Assembly (NCBI GenBank): GCA_051294905.1
Contig: CM119371.1
Coordinates: forward strand, 35,404,001-35,468,000
Origin: Botryllus schlosseri
Taxonomy: Eukaryota
Length of the DNA stretch: 64,000 nt
Direction of reading: 5' to 3'
Positions 40,313-53,100 of this stretch are shown here, in pieces. Position 1 is the stretch's first letter. Each line of letters starts with the position of its first letter. A program made the position numbers and the translations under genes. Below the pieces are notes generated by a model. The model saw only the letters and a program-made list of their open reading frames with translations. It searched no databases and was not told where the DNA came from.

Positions 40313-40681
40313 TAGGCTTACCATATGTTGGAAAACTAAAAAGAGGACACTTTTTCAGAAATTTGAGACTTGCACAACCGGAGAAGAATTCTCAAAAATC
40401 GGTGAATTTTTCCCACTTTGTGATCGGTTGACTAAAAAAAAAGGGTCAACTTCCCGGCTCAAAGCTCAACTTTTCGCTCAGAGCTCAAATCACTGTTTCT
40501 CACTCCGAAAGACCCGCCGGAGCGTCACTTCTGTGCTAATTTACGGCATATCCCTCGCATTTTGCTCTAAATGTGACCTAAATTTTCAAAAAAGAGGACA
40601 AAAGGGCGTCCTCCGAGGACACTTTCAATAAAGTCAAAAAAGAGGACAAATCCTCTGAAAAGAGGACGTATGGTAACCCTA
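40313..40681. mobile_element. hAT-type MITE, inverted relative to 6565-7019
   Basis: TAGGCTTACCATA...TATGGTAACCCTA, TSD CGTAGTGA/CATAGTGA, AAAAGAGGAC repeats. Confidence 0.85.
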
Positions 40682-41059
40682 CATAGTGATCAATATTTTC
40701 TAACCGCTCTATTGGCCATCAGTGTTGCGCTAATGACGAGATTGCGGGTATGACGAATAACCACATCCCAGAATATAGTAATGCACCCGGCATATCTCGC
40801 ATACCCAGGTTTAGCGCGTTATATAAACAATTTGAACATCCTGGCGTCAACGAGGCAACAATTTATAATTTTTTGAACGATTACCGTAAAATTTTGTGAA
40901 TTCAGCCAAAAGTATTAGCATAGCATCTCATAAATACATCGGAGCCGGAGCTACTTTTCAAGCAACCGGCTTCAGCTCCGGCTCAATCAGAATTTTATTT
41001 AGAGCTCCGGCCCCGTTGAAAATACACGGCTCTGGGGCTCCAGCTCCTTGCTGCGGCTC

Positions 41060-41460
<401 letters not shown>

Positions 41461-42108
41461 TAAAACCCACTGATCGACTGATACGTAATATTTGTTCCAG
41501 TATCGGTCAGAGACCCTCGAAATTAGTACGGAAGACCGGGTTTCCGATCCACTATAACATTGTTTGTTGTGTATTTTGGCAGATGAAAAATAAAGACTCT
41601 CTCTGTGTCAATCAATCCATAATCGTCATTCGTCAGATTATATATTCATCTGGCCAGGACACTCACAATTTCACGTATTGTATAATGCGATATACAAGAC
41701 ACAATACCATGTAATGAACAGATAGGAGGATGCCGAAACGACCATGCAGTTGCGGTCTTTTGATCTGGCACCCACCTTGGCCTAGCGCCCGATTTCACAG
41801 TCTTTTTCGATGTTAATCTGTATCAGGGGTCACTAACCTTTTTGCAACCCAGGGCTACTTTTGGGTGCTGATTGAAGCGACGGGCTACCATTTACTCCCG
41901 CCGTTTACCCGTATCAGACTGAATTTCCGCTGTAATATTCATAGCCCTTGGCTCTTTTTCTCTTGCGGTACTCTCTCGTTTCGCCAGACAGCATTGTTAC
42001 GTCCCGAGCTACTCTCTCGTTTCGCCAGACAGCATTGTTGCGTCCCAATGCTAATCTCCAAAACTATGAAAAATTCGAGGCTGATTGTGGGAGTTCCAGG
42101 GCCACGAG

Positions 42109-44322
42109 CAATGTTCCCTTTAAGCTGCGCGCGTGCGCGGCCGCGCACTGCTGACGAAGTCTCCGCGCACAGAAAAACGTATCCCGCGCACAAGAATGCC
42201 GAAGTGATGACCTTTTTTTCTGTCGTTACGCACTGTTTTCCGAGGGACCGCGCCAGTGAGTTGTTGAGTGTGCGCAGACTCGTGAAAAATTAGAGGGGAT
42301 ATTGAGGGGCAGTATTTGATATTGAAAGCGTGTTGCCTTTGGGGATTATTTAACGCAATTTTTCAGGGAAATAGCCACAAAATGACGACTTTCCGGATTA
42401 AACGAACTTTTGCCTTGTCGGAGCACTACGATGCATATGGTAGTAGTGGATGGGAGATGATGAACTAATCTAAAGTCTTATTCACCTCTCCAAACCCAAG
42501 ATACCCTATACCAGGCCTGAGCAAAGTGCGACCCGCGGGCCAAATTCGGCCAGCGGAGCTATTCTGTACGGCCCGCGAAAGGTTGCTTGAAATTGAAAAT
42601 ATAAAACCTACTTTTTAATGTTGCTGTGTATGGACTAAAACCATAGGATGTATAAATTGAAGCTGAAATTCGTTTACTATCAAGCCCATTCGTTAACATG
42701 CCGCGATTACGCAGCCTATACGTACCTCACATGCCTAATCCAGATTCTAAGTAAAGTCAAAGTAGCAAATTATACCGTTACAATTAAAGTCACAAGAAGT
42801 AACCAAACCTTCTTTCAGGGATATCTAGACTGTGCGGCCCGCGAGAGTCTGAAGAAACTTACTAAAATATTGATAAAATGCGTACTAAAAATCGAATTAA
42901 TGCGGGGACTTGATTAAACTTATTCTTAGTAGGCTATATTTCACCATGATAATTCTAAGGCAGTGGGTCTCAACCTGGGGGACCCGTGCCCCTTGAGGTC
43001 ATGAAAGCATCTGAAGGGGATCGCGACGCTGAGCTCAACTGAAAAATTTTCTCGCGCTCTGCGCGATTTACTTCCAATTCATAATTATAGCTCTGTATTT
43101 TAGTATGAATTTCATATTTAAAAATCTCTCATCAATAGTCGTAACCTCCCATGCCACCAAACTATCCGTTAGGTTGGCTATAGCATGCTGGTTGCGTTTT
43201 GTGATATGACGATAAGGGGGCGCGAAATCTACACATATATAGTAGAAGCGTGTTTAAAGCTAACATGGTTATGATCCCACCCCTAAAACCTCAGATAGTC
43301 GAGTTTCTAGGTCCAGAGGACTTCACCGTTACCAGGCAACAGCTTCAAAGTAAAAAATCTGATATGTGCGCTGATCATTGTATTTCATATTTAATTAAAA
43401 GATCTCAAGGTTTTTCAACTGAACAGTATCTAAATTATTTTGGTGATAAAAAATGTGAGAATGATAAAATTGTTCGTGTTTTTGTAAAGAGCTTGATTAC
43501 AGGTGCCTCATAAACACATTAAATGTATACATCTGTGATTCGTGATATACTTAACACAGTGAGTCAGATTTGCGCTGAGCGGTTGTATTTGGTTCGTATT
43601 GTGTACGCTCACAGATTGCTTCTAGACCAACCTGTTCCACGGGAAACAATTCGCGATATAACCACTATAGTGATTCAGTGGACAGGATACCATAGTCATT
43701 TGTCCCCGCGGAATATGTAGGTCACTACACATTAAAAACACCTGTTTTCAAAACCGATCGTGGAAAATCAACAATATGCACGATATACAGTGTAATTAGT
43801 TCCACGAAATACACAATGCACGTCCATGAAGCACCACAATGACGCTTTTCCGAAGCTCCATAGGCTGATTTTCGACTGCTAGCTAGCTCGAAATGCTGCG
43901 TTTCTGGCTTCGAAATGCAACATTCTTGACTTCCGGTATTTTACGCTTCACGAGCGAGCAATTATACTACTAACACATCTCACTCGATCAGCTTTACCTG
44001 TAAATGTGATTACGTGAGCAGAGACAGGATTAAAATTGATAGCAATATATGCATTTCTCGATGATATTGACCGATTTGATCATGAATTATAGAAAATTTT
44101 AGCGCTTCGCGCGTTTAGTTGGAACGCCCACTAAACGAATACCAGACACAGATGATTAGTAGCGGGGGAAAGCGTGCAGCCCGAGGGGGGTCTGGGGGGC
44201 GAAGCCCCCCAGAAGTTCGGTTTATCACCCTATGGGGGGCCTGGTTGCGCACTGTTGTCCAAGGGCCTGCGCAGTGAGTTGGCGTATTTGCGCAGACTCG
44301 TGAAAAATTAGAGGGAACATTG
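42109..44322. mobile_element. Composite hAT-bounded element, 2.2 kb, with captured cargo
   Basis: TIRs CAATGTTCCCTTTAA / TTAGAGGGAACATTG and perfect 8-bp TSD GCCACGAG (42101-42108, 44323-44330). The flanks rejoin into a sequence matching the arm of the 36552-37169 MITE. Confidence 0.8.
43270..43513 (+). pseudogene. C-terminal fragment of an adenain-like cysteine protease (Polinton/Maverick or adintovirus type)
   Basis: QQLQSKKSDMCADHCISYLIKRSQGFSTEQYLNYFGDKKCENDKIVRVFV fits the LQ-x3-S-x2-C(G)-x2-C ... ND-x2-V pattern of Polinton proteases. The catalytic His-containing N-terminal half is absent. Confidence 0.65.
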
Positions 44323-44530
44323 GCCACGAGTGGAATAAAATTTATATTTTCGTCATCAGTGCAGAGTCAGCTTTCGATTGAGACCCGTTTTACCAAATTT
44401 AATGCTCGGCAAGCTGGTCAAAAATGACCGTCAAATTGCCTGTAGCCAAATGGAAATTGTGACGTGATACAATTTCACTGAGCCGTGAGATTTGCTTGTG
44501 TCGACACCATATAGGACACTATGGTTGTAC

Positions 44531-44574
44531 CATAGCAATTTACAGCGTGTCAATCTACGCTGTAAATTGCTATG
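44531..44574. mobile_element. 44-bp minimal P-like MITE
   Basis: CATAGCAATTTACAGCGT-8 nt-ACGCTGTAAATTGCTATG, flanked by 7-bp TSD GTTGTAC (44524-44530, 44575-44581). Confidence 0.85.
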
Positions 44575-44944
44575 GTTGTACTATCAACGTTACTAAATTC
44601 CGACATGAAGCATGTCATAGTTGAATGATTTTTATTACATCAGACCCAAGGGAATTACCCATTTCTTATATTTTCGTAAACATCGCAATCGTTCTGTAGC
44701 GCACTTCTTATTCTTCATCTGCAGTGAATAATGTTGTGATACAAGTTCAAGTGTCAAGTGGTTTGGTAAATGGTGCGGGCTAACTATAGTATTTATTCAG
44801 TGGTGGATGTTAAAAATGTTCGTACATTTAGATATAGTCGAGATTACGACTATACATTGTCGCTGCTAGTGCTGTCCAGAGCTGGTGAACTCTGAACTGG
44901 TATGGTAGGCTACCTTACCGTATATAGACTTTGCAATTACTTTT

Positions 44945-45625
44945 ATGCATCTACCTTGGATAGGGCCTATTTCCACCCGCTTTGAAAAGCAATTGATTTC
45001 AGCGGTCCAATAAGTGTTACGACACAGTCAAGACCAACGTGATTTTCACGACAACCAACTGCTCCCTGCAACACGTAAAGGCGTGCTACCCGCACTTCAG
45101 CAAAGCAATGTAGTTCACGAATTTAAGTGTCACTGTGATTGTGGCTATGTGGGAAGAACGTCAAAGCGCTTGCAGAAACGCATAAATCAGCATGTCCCTA
45201 GATTCATTAGAACACGCTCGGTGAAAAGCTCACCCTTAACTCATCCGCTCAAGATTGATGCGGAACAATCAAAGGCCATAAATTCTGCTATTGGCAAACA
45301 CTTGTTGGATAATCCCGCCTGTGCGAAAAATTATCGTGACGACAGATTCGCATACTCGGAAAGGGTTGCTCACACTTTCATTTGTGTGTCTTGGAGTCGA
45401 CTTTTATCAAAATACACCAGCCAAGGCTGTGTCAACAAAAAGAGTTTGTGTATCATCTAAAAATAGTACATTGAACGCTCTCGTATTTGACATTTGGTGC
45501 TGGTGATGTCATATTTTGTGTTACGATTGTTGATATACGCTGTTCTTTCGAATTCTCTACTAGTTGCTGACAATTACCCCTGACGAGTGTCAGCCGAAAA
45601 TATTCGGGTTCATTTCAATATGAAT
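44945..45625 (+). mobile_element. 5'-truncated Penelope-like retroelement: GIY-YIG endonuclease region plus 3' pLTR
   Basis: ORF 45014-45460 contains SNVVHEFKCHCDCGYVGRTSKRLQKRINQHVP...SAIGKHLLDNPAC (GIY-YIG with the PLE CCHH motif), is frameshifted at both ends, and is followed by a hammerhead motif. Confidence 0.9.
45576..45609 (+). ncRNA. Minimal type-I hammerhead ribozyme motif in the PLE pLTR
   Basis: ACCC-CTGACGA-GTGTCAGCC-GAAA-ATAT-TC-GGGT: stem I ACCC/GGGT, intact CUGANGA and GAAA, palindromic AATATT in place of stem III, UC cleavage site. Stem II is weak. Confidence 0.7.
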
Positions 45626-46649
45626 ATACTATTAAATTACTTTTATGTTATCCTGTCTTTTATCGCATGTGCATGCCTCTTATTTACAGGGTATATGCTG
45701 TAGCTGTAGGCCAGCGAAGGTGGGTGTCTGATTATAAGACTACTCCAAGTCGTTTCGGTACCCTCCTATCTTTTCATTATATCGCAATCGTGTGGTGTAT
45801 TGATGGGATGAAAATATTAATTAAATGATGATTATGATGATTGATAGATAATGGGGAAATGTAACGTAAATACGCGCAACGTAAAATGGAATCTTGGCTC
45901 ATTTTTTGAAATAAATCCTGCGTGATGAGAGCTTTTCTGCATAGAATAATTAAGCTACAATTGATCAGAAAGTTCTGCGTGACATTGCCACCTATTCCAC
46001 TCTGGTAAATACGTAAAAAATTCTGGAACGCTAGGCCAAGTTGCCGTTACTCCAAGAGGCAATTTAGTGCTGAATAAACATGAGCCAAAAACTATGCGGC
46101 TCGTTACTGGCCGAGCGTTTGGTTATCTTACGTGTGTATATCGTTACTGAAAGCTGAAACTAACATTTTACATGGGATATGTCATGATCTGTAGCTCCCC
46201 TATCCTATCTTTATGAATGTCAACATACGATATTGAAACCTTAACATAACTTGTGTGTAGGCCTATATGTGCCAGTGCCAATTCGAAGTCTTGCAGCAAC
46301 GATTGATGGTGGAATAAAGGTTTGCCGGGTCTGGCCTACTTTCCTACCCACAATGAAAAGTGTTCCCCCTTGACCACCACTTATCAGTGTTTCCTACGAA
46401 TATGTTTGAATGTGCAGTTTTTCACCTTTTCATCACCTGTATTCCCACAACACTAGATGTTATAAAGCTTACCACAACGGGCGTTCTCCTTGACACAGAC
46501 ACTGATTCTATAGTTTATTGTCCCAACAACGTATTTTGTTTATTGAACCAATTGGAAATACGTATATGTGTATTATTTTACAATAACTTGCATATATTTC
46601 ACACAAATATGAGAGTGGAAGGAAGGACACAACATTTCTCATATTTGAT

Positions 46650-46755
46650 GATACGATTGTTTATATACAACACTCTCTGCAATTTCCCATTGCGAGTGTC
46701 AGCCGAAAATATTCTTGTTCATTTCAAAATGAATATATCATTCAATTGTGTATGG
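46650..46755 (+). mobile_element. Decayed PLE pLTR fragment
   Basis: CCCATTGCGAGTGTCAGCCGAAAATATTCTTGTTCATTTCAAAATGAATATA matches 45577-45628. Confidence 0.6.
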
Positions 46756-47117
46756 TAGTTCTGTACTTCCAAGAAGTTCTTTAAATATAAGAGTATTAAC
46801 CACTTATCTATATTTGCACGAGGTATCGTCATCGTCCTATTACCAGAGTGAAGTTATCACACAAAATTCTATCACACAAATCGAAGGGTACCCACTAAAT
46901 GTGACATGAAACAACATGAACGGTTGTATCACCAAAATGATCAAACAATGGCGTATCCGGATATTGTATCCGGACTTGGACACTGACACATGATAAAACG
47001 TATATACAACTCTGTCCATACCAAATTTTATGCAGATCTGTCGCGTAAAACATGTCCAAAACAGACAAATATGATTTATTGCAAGTATTATTTCAACCAA
47101 ATACAGTACGCAAGAAG

Positions 47118-50100
47118 ACGTTCAGGAGTCGAAGCTTGTCCCAAAGCATGATCGAAGCGAATTTCAGCCAATTCTAACGTCTAGTTCGAGTCGAATTTCA
47201 TCTCTACTTTTCAGAGAAATCGCACGAGTATCATCACCTGGCCAACGACTTTCGCAAAATTACACGTATAGCTCTCGGATTAAAGACGCCGATATTTCTA
47301 TCTTAGACAAGTGCTCCACTTTTAATCCCGTTCAGGAGTCGAGGCTTGTCCCAAAGCATAATCGAACCGAGTTTTAGCCAATTCTACCGTCTAGTTCGAG
47401 TCGAATTTCATCTCTACTTTTCAGAGAAATTGCACGAGTATCATCACCTGGCCAACGTCTTTCGCAAAATTACACGTATAGCTCTCGGATTAAAGACGCC
47501 GATATTTCTATCTTAGACAAGTGCTCCACTTTTAATCACGTTCAGGAGTCGAGGCTTGTCCCAAAGCATAATCGAACCGAGTTTTAGCCAATTCTACCGT
47601 CTAGTTCGAGTCGAATTTCATCTCTACTTTTCAGAGAAATTGCATGAGTATCATCACCTGGCCAACGTCTTTCGCAAAATTACACGTATAGCTCTCGGAT
47701 TAAAGACGCCGATATTTCTATCTTAGACAAGTGCTCCACTTTTAATCAAGTTCACGAGTCGAGGCTTGTCCCAAAGCATAATCGAACCGAGTTTTAGCCA
47801 ATTCTACCGTCTAGTTCGAGTCGAATTTCATCTCTACTTTTCAGAGAAATTGCACTAGTATCATCACCTGGCCAACATCTTTCGCAAAATTACACGTATA
47901 GCTCTCGGATTAAAGACGCCGATATTTCTATCTTAGACAAGTGCTCCACTTTTAATCACGTTCAGGAGTCGAGGCTTGTCCCAAAGCATAATCGAACCGA
48001 GTTTTAGCCAATTCTACCGTCTAGTTCGTGTCGAATTTCATCTCTACTTTTCAGAGAAATTGCACGAGTATCATCACCTGGCCAACGTCTGTCGCAAAAT
48101 TACACGTATAGCTCTCGGATTAAAGACGCCGATATTTCTATCTTAGACAAGTGCTCCACTTTTAATCACGTTCAGGAGTCGAGGCTTGTCCCAAAGCATA
48201 ATCGAACCGAGTTTTAGCCAATTCCACCGTCTAGTTCGAGTCGAATTTCATCTCTACTTTTCAGAGAAATTGCACGAGGATCATCACCTGGCCAACGTCT
48301 TTCGCAAAATTACACGTATAGCTCTCGGATTAAAGACGCCGATATTTCTATCTTAGACAAGTGCTCCACTTTTAATCACGTTCAGGAGTCGAGGCTTGTC
48401 CTAAAGCATAATCGAACCGAGTTTTAGCCAATTCTACCGTCTAGTTCGAGTCGAATTTCATCTCTACTTTTCAGAGAAATTGCACGAGTATCATCACATG
48501 GCCAGCGTCTTTCGCAAAATTACACGTATAGCTCTCGGATTAAAGACGCCGATATTTCTATCTTAGACAAGTGCTCCACTTTTAATCACGTTCAGGAGTC
48601 GAGGCTTGTCCCAAAGCATAATCGAACCGAGTTTTAGCCAATTCTACCGTCTAGTTCGAGTCGAATTTCATCTCTACTTTTCAGAGAAATTGCACGAGTA
48701 TCATCACCTGGCCAACGTCTTTCGCAAAATTACACGTATAGCTCTCGGATTAAAGACGCCGATATTTCTATCTTAGACAAGTGCTCCACTTTTAATCACG
48801 TTCAGGAGTCGAGGCTTGTCCCAAAGCATAATCGAACCGCGTTTTAGCCAATTCTACCGTCTAGTTCGAGTCGAATTTCATCTCTACTTTTCAGAGAAAT
48901 TGCACGAGTATCATCACCTGGCCAACGTCTTTCGCAAAATTACACGTATAGCTCTCGGATTAAAGACGCCGATATTTCTATCTTAGACAAGTTCTCCACT
49001 TTTAATCACGTTCAGGAGTCGAGGCTTAACCCAAAGCATATTCGAACCGAGTTTTAGCCAATTCTACCGTCTAGTTCGAGTCGAATTTCATCTCTACTTT
49101 TCAGAGAAATTGCACGAGTATCATCACCTGGCCAACGTCTTTCGCAAAATTACACGTATAGCTCTCGGATTAAAGACGCCGATATTTCTATCTTAGACAA
49201 GTGCTCCACTTTTAACCACGTTCAGGAGTCGAGGCTTGTCCCAAAGCATAATCGAACCGAATTTCAGCCAATTCTACCGTCTAGTTCGAGTCGAATTTCA
49301 TCTCTACTTTTCAGAGAAATTGCACGAGTATCATCACCTGGCCAACGTCTTTCGCAAAATTACACGTATAGCTCTCGGATTAAAGACGCCGATATTTCTA
49401 TCTTAGACAAGTGCTCCACTTTTAACCACGTTCAGGAGTCGAGGCTTGTCCCAAAGCATAATCGAACCGAATTTCAGCCAATTCTACCGTCTAGTTCGAG
49501 TCGAATTTCATCTCTACTTTTCAGAGAAATTGCACGAGTATCATCACCTGGCCAACGTCTTTCGCAAAATTACACGTATAGCTCTCGGATTGAAGACGCC
49601 GATATTTCTATCTTTGACAAGTGCTCCACTTTTAATCACGTTCACGAGTCGAGGCTTGTCCCAAAGCATAATCGAACCGAGTTTTAGCCAATTCTACCGT
49701 CTAGTTCGAGTCGAATTTCATCTCTACTTTTCAGAGAAATTGCACGAGTATCATCACCTGGCCAACGTCTTTCGCAAAGTTACACGTATAGCTCTCGGAT
49801 TAAAGACGCCGATATTTCCATCTTAGACAAGTGCTCCACTTTTAATCACGTTCAGGAGTCGAGGATTGTCCCAGAGCATAATCGAACCGAGTTTTAGCCA
49901 ATTGTACCGTCTAGTTCGAGTCGAATTTCATCTCTACTTTTCAGAGAAATTGCACGAGTATCATCACCTGGCCAACCTCTTTCGCAAAATTACACGTATA
50001 GCTCTCGGATTAAAGACGCCGATATTTCTATCTTAGACAAGTGCTCCACTTTTAACCACGTTCAGGAGTCGAGGCTTGTCCCAAAGCATAATCGAACCTA

Positions 50101-53100
50101 ATTTCAGCCAATTCTACCGTCTAGTTCGAGTCGAATATCATCTCTACTTTTCAGAGAAATAGCGCGAGTATCATCACCTGGCTAACGTCTTTCGCAAAAT
50201 TACACGTATAGCTCTCGGATTAAAGACGCCGAAATTTCTATCTTAGACAAGTGCTCCACTTTTAACCACGTTCAGGAGTCGAAGCTTGTCCTAAAGCATA
50301 ATCGAACCGAGTTTTAGCCAATTCTACCGTCTAGTTCGAGTCCAATTTCATCTCTACTTTTCAGAGAAATTGCACGAGTATCATCACCCGGCCAACGTCT
50401 TTCGCAAAATTACACGTATAGCTCTCGGATTAAAGACGCCGATATTTCTTTTTTAGACAAGTGCTCCACTTTTAACCACGTTCAGGAGTCGAGGCTTGTC
50501 CCAAAGCATAATCGAACCGAGTTTTAGCCAATTCTACCGTCTAGTTCGAGTCGAATTTCATCTCTACTTTTCAGAGAAATTGCACGAGTATCATCACCTG
50601 GCCAACGTCTTTCGCAAAATTACACGTATAGCTCTCGGAATGAAGACGCCGATATTTCTATCTTAGACAAGTGCTCCATTTTTATCACGTTCAGAAGTCG
50701 AGGCTTGTCCCAAAGCATAATCGAACCGAGTTTTAGCCAATTCTACCGTCTAGTTCGAGTCAAATTTCATCCCTACTTTTCAGAGAAATTGCACGAGTAT
50801 CATCACCTGGCCAACGTCTTTCGCAAAATTACACGTATAGCTCTCGGATTAAAGACGCCGATATTTCTATCTTAGACAAGTGCTCCACTTTTAATCACGT
50901 TCAGGAGTCGAGGCTTAATCCAAAGCATATTCGAACTGAGTTTTAGCCAATTTTACCGTCTAGTTCGAGTCGAATTTCATCTCTACTTTTCAGAGAAATT
51001 GCACGAGTATCATCACCTGGCCAACGTCTTTCGCAAAATTACACGTATAGCTCTCGGATTAAAGACGCCGATATTTCTATCTTAGACAAGTGCTCCACTT
51101 TTAATCACGTTCAGGAGTCGAGGCTTGTCCTAAAGCATAATCGAACCTAATTTCAGCCAATTCTACCGTCTAGTTCGAGTCGAATATCATCTCTACTTTT
51201 CAGAGAAATAGCGCGAGTATCATCACCTGGCTAACGTCTTTCGCAAAATTACACGTATAGCTCTCGGATTAAAGACGCCGATATTTCTATCGTAGACAAG
51301 TGCTCAACTTTTAACCACGTTCAGGAGTCGAAGCTTGTCCTAAAGCATAATCGAACCGAGTTTTAGTCAATTCTACCGTCTAGTTCGAGTCCAATTTCAT
51401 CTCTACTTTTCAGAGAAATTGCACGAGTATCATCTCCCGGCCAACGTCTTTCGCAAAATTACACGTATAGCTATCGGATTAAAGACGCCGATATTTCTTT
51501 TTTAGACAAGTGCTCCACTTTTAACCACGTTCAGGAGTCGAGGCTTGTCCCGAAGCATAATCGAACCGAGTTTTAGCCAATTCTACCGTCTAGTTCGAGT
51601 CGAATTTCATCTCTACTTTTTAGAGAAATTGCACGAGTATCATCACCTGGCCAACGTCTTTCGCAAAATTACACGTATAGCTCTCGGAATAAAGACGCCG
51701 ATATTTCTATCTTAGACAAGTGCTCCACTTTTTATCACGTTCAGAAGTCGAGGCTTGTCCCAAAGCATAATCGAACCGAGTTTTAGCCAATTCTACCGAC
51801 TAGTTCGAGTCAAATTTCATCCCTACTTTTCAGAGAAATTGCACGAGTATCATCACCTGGCCAACGTCTTTCGCAAAATTACACGTATAGCTCTCGGATT
51901 AAAGACGCCGATATTTCTATCTTAGACAAGTGCTCCACTTTTAATCACGTTCAGGAGTCGAGGCTTAACCCAAAGCATATTCGAACCGAGTTTTAGCCAA
52001 TTCTACCGTCTAGTTCGAGTCGAATTTCATCTCTACTTTTCAGAGAAATTGCACGAGTATCATCACCTGGCCAACGTCTTTCGCAAAATTACACGTATAG
52101 CTCTCGGATTAAAGACGCCGATATTTCTATCTTAGACAAGTGCTCCACTTTTAATCACGTTCAGGAGTCGAGGCTTAACCCAAAGCATATTCGAACCGAG
52201 TTTTAGCCAATTCTACCGTCTAGTTCGAGTCGAATTTCATCTCTACTTTTCAGAGAAATTGCACGAGTATCATCACCTGGCCAACGTCTTTCGCAAAATT
52301 ACACGTATAGCTCTCGGATTAAAGACGCCGATATTTCTTTTTTAGACAAGTGCTCCACTTTTAACCACGTTCAGGAGTCGAGGCTTGTCCCAAAGCATAA
52401 TCGAACCGAGTTTTAGCCAATTCTACCGTCTAGTTCGAGTCGAATTTCATCTCTACTTTTCAGAGAAATTGCACGAGTATCATCACCTGGCCAACGTCTT
52501 TCGCAAAATTACACGTATAGCTCTCGGATTAAAGACGCCGATATTTCTATCTTAGACAAGTGCTCCACTTTTAACCACGTTCAGGAGTCGAGGCTTGTCC
52601 CAAAGCATAATCGAACCTAATTTCAGCCAATTCTACCGTCTAGTTCGAGTCGAATATCATCTCTACTTTTCAGAGAAATAGCGCGAGTATCATCACCTGG
52701 CTAACGTCTTTCGCAAAATTACACGTATAGCTCTCGGATTAAAGACGCCGATATTTCTATCTTAGACAAGTGCTCAACTTTTAACCACGTTCAGGAGTCG
52801 AAGCTTGTCCTAAAGCATAATCGAACCGAGTTTTTGTCAATTCTACCGTCTAGTTCGAGTCCAATTTCATCTCTACTTTTCAGAGAAATTGCACGAGTAT
52901 CATCACCCGGCCAACGTCTTTCGCAAAATTACACGTATAGCTCTCGGATTAAAGACGCCGATATTTCTTTTTTAGACAAGTGCTCAACTTTTAACCACGT
53001 TCAGGAGTCGAGGCTTGTCCCAAAGCATAATCGAACCGAGTTTTAGCCAATTCTACCGTCTAGTTCGAGTCGAATTTCATCTCTACTTTTAAGAGAAATT

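Noticed and set aside
47580..47660. Hammerhead-like arrangement in the satellite (TGATGA...GAAA-TTCG/CGAA, minus strand)
   Set aside because: The core reads GUGAUGA rather than CUGAUGA, the base required to be U16.1 is C, and there is no convincing stem I.
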